A DNA stretch of 64,000 nucleotides from Planctomycetota bacterium. GTDB taxonomy: Bacteria > Planctomycetota > SZUA-567 > H5-PLA8. Of this stretch, positions 48,138 to 55,669 are shown piece after piece. How positions within the stretch are numbered: position 1 is the stretch's first letter; every line of letters starts with the position of its first letter. The position numbers were made by a program, and so were the translations under genes. The notes beneath the pieces were generated by a model, which did not search any database, was not told where the DNA came from, and was given only the letters and a program-made list of their open reading frames with translations. The stretch spans positions 66,662 through 130,661 of the forward strand of contig DASXUX010000047.1 of assembly GCA_036504595.1 (NCBI GenBank), read 5' to 3'.

Positions 48138-49985
48138 ATGGCAGACGTCAGTGAACGCAAAATTCGAAACATCGCAATCATCGCGCACGTTGACCACGGC
48201 AAGAGCACGCTCGTGGACCACCTGCTGCGCCAGGCCGGAACGTTCCGCGCCAATCAGGAAATGGTCGAGTGCGTGATGGACAGCAACGACCTGGAGCGCG
48301 AACGCGGGATCACGATCCTGGCGAAGAACTGCGCCATCAACTATCTGGGCACGCGCATCAACATCATCGATACGCCGGGCCACAGCGATTTCGGCGGCGA
48401 GGTCGAGCGCGTTCTGTCCATGGCCGACGGTGTGTGCCTGCTGGTCGATGCCGCCGAAGGCGTGCTGCCGCAGACCAAGTTCGTTTTGCGCAAAGCCTTT
48501 CAACACAAGCTGCGGCCGATCGTCGTCATCAACAAGATCGACCGCGCCGACGCGCGGCCCCACGAAGTGCTGAATCAGGTCTTCGACCTGTTCGTCGAAC
48601 TGGGCGCCAGCAATGAGCAGCTTGCGTTTCCGCATGTGTTCGCGGTCGGCCGGCAGGGCTTGGCCAAGCGCGAGATGGAAGACGAGGCGAAGGATTTGCG
48701 GCCATTGTTCGAACTGATCATGAGCTACGTACCGCCGCCAACCGGCGACGAGAACGAACTGCTGAAGGTGCAGATCGCGAACATCGACTACAACGATTAT
48801 GTCGGCCGCATCGGCATCGGCCGTATCGAGCAGGGCACGGTCCGCGTTGGCGACGTGTACACCATGATCAGCCAGGACGGGCGGCGGCGCAACGAACGCG
48901 TCCGTACGCTTGAAATCCATGAGGGACTCGGCCGCAGAGAAGTACAATCGGCCAGCGCCGGCGAAATCATTGCTATTTCGGGCTTTGAAGAAGTGCATAT
49001 CGGCGACACGCTTGCCGCCGGCGAAAACCCGGACCCGCTCCCGCCCGTGCCGATCGACGAACCGACGCTGACGATGATGTTCATGTCGAACAACAGCCCG
49101 TTCAGCGGACAGGACGGCAAATATGTCACCAGCCGGCAGGTTGCCGATCGCCTCGCCAAAGAAGCTTTGCGCAACGTGGCCATGCGCTTTGAGAGCACGG
49201 ACGCGCCGGACGTGTTCAAAATCTCCGGCCGCGGACTGCTGCACCTGGGCGTGCTGATCGAAAACATGCGCCGCGAAGGATACGAACTGCAAATCAGCAA
49301 GCCGCACGTGATCACGAAGGAAGTCGATGGGGAGCTTCTGGAACCGATCGAAGCGATCACCGTGGATGTGCCTGAGGAATTCATGGGCAAGACGATCGAG
49401 TTGCTCGGATCGCGCCGCTGCGTGATGGAAAATATGACGCAGCACGCCGGGCATTCCAATCTTGAATTCAAAGGCCCCAGCCGCGGCCTCATCGGCCTGC
49501 GCACGAAATTGCTGACGGCCACGAAGGGCGAAGCGGTGCTGCATCACGCCTTCTTTGAGTACGGCGAATACCGCGGACCGATCGGCGGCCGCGGCACCGG
49601 TGTTCTGGTAGCCAGCGAAGGCGGCCAGGTGACCGGCTTTGCTCTGCAGAATCTGACGGACCGCGGCGAGTTCTTCGTGGACCCCGGCGAACCGGTCTAT
49701 GAAGGGCAGGTCGTCGGCGAGCACTGCAAAGACAAGGACATTGCCGTCAACGTCGCCAAGGCCAAACATCTGACCAACATGCGCGTCGCGAACAAGGAAC
49801 AGACCTTTACGTTGAAGACCAAGCGCGCCTTCACGCTGGAAGAAGCGCTGGAGTATGTGGAAGAAGACGAACTGGTCGAAGTGACGCCGAAATCGATCCG
49901 TCTGCGCAAGCGCGTCCTGCAGGAGAAGGTGCGGCTGAAGGAAGAGCGGGCTTCGCGCGCGGAAGAGATCAGTGCGGGGAAATAA
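48138..49985 (+). CDS. typA: translational GTPase TypA/BipA
   Basis: [31 protein letters not shown] and NKIDR motifs, with BipA-type C-terminal domain length. Confidence 0.95.
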   Translation: MADVSERKIRNIAIIAHVDHGKSTLVDHLLRQAGTFRANQEMVECVMDSNDLERERGITILAKNCAINYLGTRINIIDTPGHSDFGGEVERVLSMADGVCLLVDAAEGVLPQTKFVLRKAFQHKLRPIVVINKIDRADARPHEVLNQVFDLFVELGASNEQLAFPHVFAVGRQGLAKREMEDEAKDLRPLFELIMSYVPPPTGDENELLKVQIANIDYNDYVGRIGIGRIEQGTVRVGDVYTMISQDGRRRNERVRTLEIHEGLGRREVQSASAGEIIAISGFEEVHIGDTLAAGENPDPLPPVPIDEPTLTMMFMSNNSPFSGQDGKYVTSRQVADRLAKEALRNVAMRFESTDAPDVFKISGRGLLHLGVLIENMRREGYELQISKPHVITKEVDGELLEPIEAITVDVPEEFMGKTIELLGSRRCVMENMTQHAGHSNLEFKGPSRGLIGLRTKLLTATKGEAVLHHAFFEYGEYRGPIGGRGTGVLVASEGGQVTGFALQNLTDRGEFFVDPGEPVYEGQVVGEHCKDKDIAVNVAKAKHLTNMRVANKEQTFTLKTKRAFTLEEALEYVEEDELVEVTPKSIRLRKRVLQEKVRLKEERASRAEEISAGK

Positions 49986-50267
49986 ATGGGGCTGCACGTA
50001 CTGGGGCGCAACTGCCCGATCTGCAACAAGAAGGGGTTGGTCATCGGCGCTGACGATGGCTACCGCTTTCGGCCGCAAGGCTGGCTCGTCAAGAGCCTCG
50101 GCGGACGGCAGGTCGCGTGCCCGCATTGCGGAGCGGTGATGGCGGCTCTGTTGCCCGAAGCCTTGCAGGACTTGCGCGCGGCGTTGCGGGACGACCGCGC
50201 TCACGAGACGATGACCTATCACGCCAAGGCGCGCAGCCGAAAAAAGACGCCGCCAGCGGCGGAGTGA
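49986..50267 (+). CDS. small zinc-ribbon protein (CPIC...CPHC) with basic tail
   Basis: The ATG directly abuts the typA TAA stop. Two CxxC pairs are 39 residues apart. C-terminus KARSRKKTPP. Confidence 0.5.
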   Translation: MGLHVLGRNCPICNKKGLVIGADDGYRFRPQGWLVKSLGGRQVACPHCGAVMAALLPEALQDLRAALRDDRAHETMTYHAKARSRKKTPPAAE

Positions 50268-50330
50268 TGGGTGACGGGTGGCGAGTGACGGGTGGAATGG
50301 ATCGTGACCCACTCGCTTTGCAAAGCGCTC

Positions 50331-50816
50331 ATGGCCGAAACTTTCAACCACAATGTCTTCATCGCCCTCGGCGCAAACTTGGGCCAGCGCGAAGCCACCC
50401 TTCGCGACGCATTGGTGCGACTTGGGCGCTGCGAGGGCATCTCCGTCGAGCGCGTCTCCAGTTTCATCGAAACAGATCCCGTGGGCGGTGAGGCCGGCCA
50501 GCCGATGTACATCAACGCGGCGGCGCAATTGCGGACTTCGTTGAACCCTCGCGAACTGCTGCACGTGCTTCTGGAAATAGAGCGCCAACTTGGCCGCATC
50601 CGCCCGATGGGACAGCGCAACGCGGCGCGTACGATTGATCTCGATCTCCTCCTCTATGATGATCTGATCGTGCGCGAGCCCGATCTCGAAATCCCTCATC
50701 CTCGCCTCCACGAGCGCCGCTTTGTCCTCGTGCCCCTGTGCGAATTGGCGCCGGAGCTCTCGCATCCTGTTCTCGGCAAAAGCATGCGCGAACTGCTCCT
50801 CGCCCTCGCGTCCTGA
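50331..50816 (+). CDS. folK: 2-amino-4-hydroxy-6-hydroxymethyldihydropteridine diphosphokinase (HPPK)
   Basis: VFIALGANLG, TIDLDLLLY and IPHPRLHERRFVLVPL motifs. ATG 50331 preferred over the track start 50292. Confidence 0.85.
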   Translation: MAETFNHNVFIALGANLGQREATLRDALVRLGRCEGISVERVSSFIETDPVGGEAGQPMYINAAAQLRTSLNPRELLHVLLEIERQLGRIRPMGQRNAARTIDLDLLLYDDLIVREPDLEIPHPRLHERRFVLVPLCELAPELSHPVLGKSMRELLLALAS

Positions 50817-50962
50817 CTCGCTACAAAACTTGACTCTGCGCGTTCTCTGGCCTCGGCGTCTCTGCGTTTGGGAGCACGCCCCGCAATCGCAATCCAACGT
50901 ATAGCATTTCTCGCCCCGCGCGTTAGCTTGTTACGAGCACGATCTGGAGGGGCCGGCCCGCG

Positions 50963-53194
50963 ATGTCCGAAAAAGCCATGCTGTCCGCCTCGCAGCTTCC
51001 GCCACCGCTGGCGGCTGCTCTGAGCGCCAAGCTCGACCAGAATGAAAGCGTTCTCTACGCGCAAGCCAGCGACCTGACGCGCGATCAGAAGTTCGGTCAA
51101 AGCTTCCTCGCTGTCACGCGCCAGCGCGTGGCGGTGATGGACGCAGCCTCGCTGTCGTTCACGCTGCTGCTTTCTGAGATCAAGGAAGTGAAGGTCGATG
51201 AGCTTTTCGGCGGCGCGCAACTTACGGCCGAAACGAAAAGCGGCGGCGAGCGGCGGTTGATCTGTTACACCAAGGCCGTCGTGCCCGAATTCGCCGTGAT
51301 CTGCCGGATCATCAACCAGCTCTGCGAAGGGCGCGAGCCCGCGGTGCCCGACAAAACGGAAGCGGCCTACTGCGCTAACTGCGGCGCGCCGTTGCCGGAA
51401 CGCGGCGCCAATTGCACAGCTTGCGTGCGGCGCTTTCAGGTGTTCTTGCGGCTGCTCGGATTGCTGAAGCCTTATCGCGCCAAGGCCACGCTGCTGGTGC
51501 TCTGCACTTTCTTCACCGTCGTCGCGCAGCTTGCGCCGCCCTACCTGACGAAGCTGATCGTCGACGGCGTCATCCGTGAGAAGAATCCGCGGCACCTGGG
51601 TCTGCTGATCGGCGCCATGCTGGGCTGCGGGCTGCTGATGCTGGCCTCGCGACTGGCCAGCGGCATCTTGATGTCCTGGCTCGGCGCGCGACTCGTGACC
51701 GATCTGCGTTCGCGGCTCCACGCGGCGCTTCAGCGGCTGCCGCTCAACTATTATCAACGGCGAGACTCGGGCGAAATCATCGGCCGCGTGATGAACGATA
51801 CCGGCGAACTGCAGCATTTTTTGATCGATGGCCTGCCGTTCTTCATGGTCAACTGCATCTCCTTTGTCGCGATTGCCGGAATTCTGCTGTGTATCGACAT
51901 GCACCTCGCCCTGCTGGTTTTTCTGCCGGTCCCATTTCTGCTCGGCGGCGGCGGCTGGTTCTGGAAGAGGCTGATTCCGCTCTTCCACAAGCATGGCTCG
52001 CGCATCGGCGCGCTGCATTCGACGCTCAACGAGTCGATCTACGGCATCAAGATCGTCAAGGCGTTCGCTCAGGAGCACGAGCGCATGTCGCGCTTCGACA
52101 ACACGAACGAAAAACTCTTCCACACGCGCTTTGCGATCGAACGCACATTCATCGGCTTTTCCGAAGTGATGTCCTGGATCATGACGGTGGGCATCGCCGC
52201 GGTCTGGTATTTCGCGGCGCGACGAATCTGCGGCGACGATCCGCGTTTGACGGTCGGCGATCTGCTGGCGTTCGTCGGCTACATCTGGCTCTTTTTCGGC
52301 CCGGTGCAGTGGTTCACGGCCGTGATGAACTGGATGACGCACGCGTTTTCCGGTGCCGAGCGCGTTTTCTCGGTGCTGGATTCGCCGCCGGAAGTGTACG
52401 AATCGCCGGCCGCCGTCTCGCTGCCCGTGATCAAGGGCGCCATCGACTTCAAGGACGTGCGCTTCAGTTACGAGCGCGGCAAGGAAATCATCAAGGGCGT
52501 TTCGTTCCACGTGGAACCCGGCGCGATGATCGGCCTGGTCGGGAAGTCCGGCGCGGGCAAGAGCACGCTCATCAGCCTGATCTGCCGCTTCTACGACCCT
52601 GATTCGGGCAGCATCGAAATCGACGGCCATCCGATTCGCGACATCAAGCTGGAGCAGCTTCGCCGCCAGATCGGCATCGTCCCGCAGGATCCGTTCCTGT
52701 TCAACGCGAGCATCCTCGAAAACATCCGCTACGGCCGCCCCGAAGCGACGTTCGATGACGTCCTGCGTTCGGCGCGAGCGGCCAATGCGCATGAGTTCAT
52801 CCTCGACAAAGAGGACGGCTACGACACGATGATCGGCGAGAAAGGCACGATGCTTTCCGGCGGCGAAAAGCAGCGGCTGGCCATCGCGCGCGCCATCCTG
52901 CATGATCCACCGATCCTGATTCTCGATGAAGCCACCTCTTCGGTGGACAGCGAAACTGAGAAGGCCATTCAGGAAGCCATCGCGGCGTTGATCAAAGGCC
53001 GCACCACGATTGCCATCGCGCACCGTCTCGCCACGCTGCGCAACGCCAAGCGTCTGATCGTCATCGAGGATGGCAAGCTCGTCGAAGAAGGCACGCACGA
53101 TCAGTTGCTCGAAAAAGACGGCACGTACGCCAAGCTGGTCAAGATGCAGACCGAGATCAATCGGATCACGGCGGAGGCCGTGGTGTGGCGTTGA
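50963..53194 (+). CDS. ABC exporter (fused TMD-NBD, MsbA-like) with N-terminal PH-like domain and zinc ribbon
   Basis: Walker A GKSGAGKST, signature LSGGEKQR and Walker B ILILDEATS. N-terminal YCANCGAPLPERGANCTAC. Confidence 0.9.
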   Translation: MSEKAMLSASQLPPPLAAALSAKLDQNESVLYAQASDLTRDQKFGQSFLAVTRQRVAVMDAASLSFTLLLSEIKEVKVDELFGGAQLTAETKSGGERRLICYTKAVVPEFAVICRIINQLCEGREPAVPDKTEAAYCANCGAPLPERGANCTACVRRFQVFLRLLGLLKPYRAKATLLVLCTFFTVVAQLAPPYLTKLIVDGVIREKNPRHLGLLIGAMLGCGLLMLASRLASGILMSWLGARLVTDLRSRLHAALQRLPLNYYQRRDSGEIIGRVMNDTGELQHFLIDGLPFFMVNCISFVAIAGILLCIDMHLALLVFLPVPFLLGGGGWFWKRLIPLFHKHGSRIGALHSTLNESIYGIKIVKAFAQEHERMSRFDNTNEKLFHTRFAIERTFIGFSEVMSWIMTVGIAAVWYFAARRICGDDPRLTVGDLLAFVGYIWLFFGPVQWFTAVMNWMTHAFSGAERVFSVLDSPPEVYESPAAVSLPVIKGAIDFKDVRFSYERGKEIIKGVSFHVEPGAMIGLVGKSGAGKSTLISLICRFYDPDSGSIEIDGHPIRDIKLEQLRRQIGIVPQDPFLFNASILENIRYGRPEATFDDVLRSARAANAHEFILDKEDGYDTMIGEKGTMLSGGEKQRLAIARAILHDPPILILDEATSSVDSETEKAIQEAIAALIKGRTTIAIAHRLATLRNAKRLIVIEDGKLVEEGTHDQLLEKDGTYAKLVKMQTEINRITAEAVVWR

Positions 53195-53208
53195 GGGAGT
53201 GTGCAATT

Positions 53209-53290
53209 CGCTCTTGGCTGTTAGCTCTTTGCTCTTTGGCCGCCAAATCCGCTTGCGAGCCAAGAGCCAAGAGCTAAGAGCAAAGAGCCA
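53209..53290. repeat. inverted pair of GAGCCAA-family heptamer arrays (arms 53209-53240 and 53257-53290) between the ABC exporter and DUF1854 genes
   Basis: cgctcttggctgttagctctttgctctttggc opposite gagccaagagccaagagctaagagcaaagagcca. Confidence 0.85.
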
Positions 53291-53306
53291 TCGGAGACGA
53301 GCGTTC

Positions 53307-53783
53307 ATGCAGCCAGTGATCAAACCTTCCGTCACACTCTTGCGCAAAGAGGGCCGCCTTTTTGTGCGCATGAATGGCAGCGAAGAGAAGCCCGCGAAGG
53401 TTGTCTGGGCGCGGCCGGTCAGCGGCATGGGCGCGGAACTCGCGATTCTCGACGATAAGAAAAAAGAAGTCTGCACGCTGCAAAGCCTCAATGAACTGGA
53501 CCCCGATTCGCGCAAGCTGGCCGAAGAGGAGCTTCTCCGCCGTTACCTGCTGGCGCGCATCACGCGGGTGCTTTCCACCACCGCGTTTGTCGGCACGCGC
53601 TACTGGAACGTGGAGACGGAACTCGGCCCGCGCCAGTTCGTTATCAAAAATGCGCACAAAGACGTCACGTGGTTGAGCGACGACCACGTCGTGCTGCGTT
53701 GCACACTCGGCAACCGGTACGAAATTCCCTCGCTGGCCAAGCTAGATCCCGTTTCACTGGAGCACGTGGAGCGGATAATATAG
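53307..53783 (+). CDS. DUF1854 domain protein (ABC-exporter-associated)
   Basis: MQPVIKPSVTLLRKEGRLFVRMNGSEEKPAKVVWARP... Size and position next to the ABC exporter fit DUF1854 as I remember it. The track ORF 53070-53783 starts inside the ABC gene. Confidence 0.6.
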   Translation: MQPVIKPSVTLLRKEGRLFVRMNGSEEKPAKVVWARPVSGMGAELAILDDKKKEVCTLQSLNELDPDSRKLAEEELLRRYLLARITRVLSTTAFVGTRYWNVETELGPRQFVIKNAHKDVTWLSDDHVVLRCTLGNRYEIPSLAKLDPVSLEHVERII

Positions 53784-53971
53784 TTGGTACTTGGTGAGTG
53801 GTACTTGGTGAGTGGTGAGTGGTAGGATTGCGGATTGAACAGCTCACCGCAGAGGACGCGGAAGACGCAGAGAAGTGACCTAAGAAACTCTGTGACCTTT
53901 GTGTTCTCTGCGCCTCTGTGTTGAAAACTGTTGCCGTTAATTCCGCAATCCGACTTCTGCAATCCGCAATT
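53781..53971. repeat. composite nested inverted repeat built from three word families (GGTGAGT array; GCGGATT/CAATCCGC; CAGAGGA/CTCTGTG)
   Basis: 53781-53826 GGTGAGT array. 53826-53840 ggattgcggattgaac pairs with 53941-53971. 53841-53875 caccgcagaggacgcggaagacgcagagaag pairs with 53888-53925. Confidence 0.8.
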
Positions 53972-53980
53972 AGGTGGGAC

Positions 53981-54955
53981 ATGGCGATCAAGTTCAGAGA
54001 CTACTACGAGATTCTTGGCGTCCCGCGCACGGCGTCGCAGGATGAGATTCGCACGGCGTACCGGAAGCTCGCGCGCAAATATCATCCCGACGTGAACAAG
54101 GCCAAGGACGCCGGCGACCGCTTCAAAGAGCTCAACGAGGCCAACGAGGTTCTCGGCGATCCGCAAAAGCGCAAGAAGTACGACCAGCTCGGCGCCAACT
54201 GGCGCATGGGCGACGAGTTCACTCCGCCGCCGGGCTGGGAACATGTCGGCCGGGGCGGGGCGGGGGCGGTCGGAGGCAGCGCGTTCAGCGATTTCTTCGA
54301 ATCGCTCTTCGGCGGAAAATTCGGGGGCTTTCGGGATTCCCGCGGCTTCGGTGGCTTCAGCGATTTCGGCCAGCACGGAGGTGTCGTCGAAGAAGAGCAG
54401 GGGCAGGGAGCCGACGAGGAAGCTCACATCGAGATTTCGCTCGACGACGCGTTCCATGGTACTGAGCGCACCATCGCGGTGCAGATGCCCGAAGGCGGTC
54501 CGGACGGCCGCGTGCGCACGACGACTCGCCATTTGCGCGTGAAAATCCCCAAAGGCATTAGCACCGGCCAGCGCATTCGCCTCGCCGGCCAGGGCGCGCC
54601 CGGCCCCGGTGGACGCGGCGATCTCTACCTGGTTGTGGAACTCGAACCGCATGCTGATTTCCGTGTCGAAGGCCGTAACTTGCACACGACGCTTTCCGTG
54701 GCGCCGTGGGAAGCCGTGCTCGGCGCGGAGATCCCCCTCAAGACCCTCGCCGGCGGCCTGACGCTGACGATTCCGCCGGGCACCAGCAGCGGCGCGAAGA
54801 TGCGCCTGAAAGGCAAAGGCCTGCCCAACCCCAGCGGTACGCCCGGCGACCTCTACGCCGAAGTCAAGATCGTCACGCCCAAGCGCCTTACTGCCGCCGA
54901 AAAGGAACTGTGGCAGAAGCTGTCGAAGGAGTCGAAGTTCAACCCGCGCTCGTAG
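53981..54955 (+). CDS. cbpA: DnaJ-class co-chaperone lacking the Zn-finger (CbpA type)
   Basis: J domain [33 protein letters not shown], a G/F-rich linker, DnaJ C-terminal domains, and no CxxCxGxG repeats. Confidence 0.85.
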   Translation: MAIKFRDYYEILGVPRTASQDEIRTAYRKLARKYHPDVNKAKDAGDRFKELNEANEVLGDPQKRKKYDQLGANWRMGDEFTPPPGWEHVGRGGAGAVGGSAFSDFFESLFGGKFGGFRDSRGFGGFSDFGQHGGVVEEEQGQGADEEAHIEISLDDAFHGTERTIAVQMPEGGPDGRVRTTTRHLRVKIPKGISTGQRIRLAGQGAPGPGGRGDLYLVVELEPHADFRVEGRNLHTTLSVAPWEAVLGAEIPLKTLAGGLTLTIPPGTSSGAKMRLKGKGLPNPSGTPGDLYAEVKIVTPKRLTAAEKELWQKLSKESKFNPRS

Positions 54956-55375
54956 GACATTTCGCCGAATTGTCCCGTTCCCCTCAGCTCAGCGCCTGTA
55001 AAAAATTGCACATGTGGTAGTCTGGCCACTCATCCGAATCCTGACCCTAAACCCTGAACCCCGACCCCTGAACCCTGCTGTCCTTCTGTCCAATCCTGCA
55101 CCGTGCGTCGTAGGACATTTCGCCGAATTGTCCCGTTCCCCTCAGCTCAGCGCCTGTAAAAAATTGCACATGTGGTGATGCAACCCCAGAACCCTGACCC
55201 CCGACCCCTGAACCCTGCCGTTCTCCCGTCCAATCCTGCACCGTGCGTCGTAAGCCATTCCGCTGGACTGTCCGTCGTGCCCTCCGCCCAACCCTGTAAG
55301 AAATTGCACATGTGGTGATGCAAAACCCTGAACCCTGAACCCCGACCGCCGAACCCTGCTGTTCCTGCGTCCGGG
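54951..55375. repeat. three tandem copies (periods 158 and 140 bp) of a composite unit, starting at the cbpA stop codon
   Basis: Unit is cgtaGGACAtttcgccgaatTGTCC ... aaattgcacatgtggtgatgca, then a CCTGAAC heptamer array, then ctgtccttctgtccaatcctgcaccgtgcgt. Copies start at 54951, 55109 and 55249. Confidence 0.85.
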
Positions 55376-55528
55376 CAGAGTATCTCACCCGCCCTCATAT
55401 ATACTGACGTTCCAGACGCAAAAACGTTGCAAAGATTTTGGCAAAGCTTTGCATAATAGTGAGGTTCAACAACGCCCGTCGCGTTGCCAACCTCAGTACC
55501 TATGCGCCTTTTCACCTTTCTCGATTTC

Positions 55529-55557
55529 TTGCGTTTTCTTCATCATAGCGGTATAAT
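55529..55557 (+). promoter_or_regulatory. candidate sigma70 promoter TTGCGT-17 nt-TATAAT for the giant adhesin-like gene
   Basis: -35 at 55529-55534 and a perfect -10 at 55552-55557. GGAGG at about 55657 precedes ATG 55670. Confidence 0.5.
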
Positions 55558-55669
55558 TCAGCTTGTTTATCACTCGGATCGGCAGCTTCATTTCCCAAGA
55601 AACGAAGCCGCACGTCGTAGCACGAACTTCAAGCTACGTGTTACTGCTTTTTTCGTGGAGGGAACAGCC

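Noticed and set aside
48132-53515. Very long minus-strand ORFs (48132-50897, 921 aa; 50696-53515, 939 aa) opposite typA, folK and the ABC exporter
   Set aside because: Their translations are Arg/Ala/Gly/His-rich low-complexity sequence with no motifs. They lie exactly antisense to genes with unambiguous motifs. These are typical shadow ORFs of GC-rich DNA.
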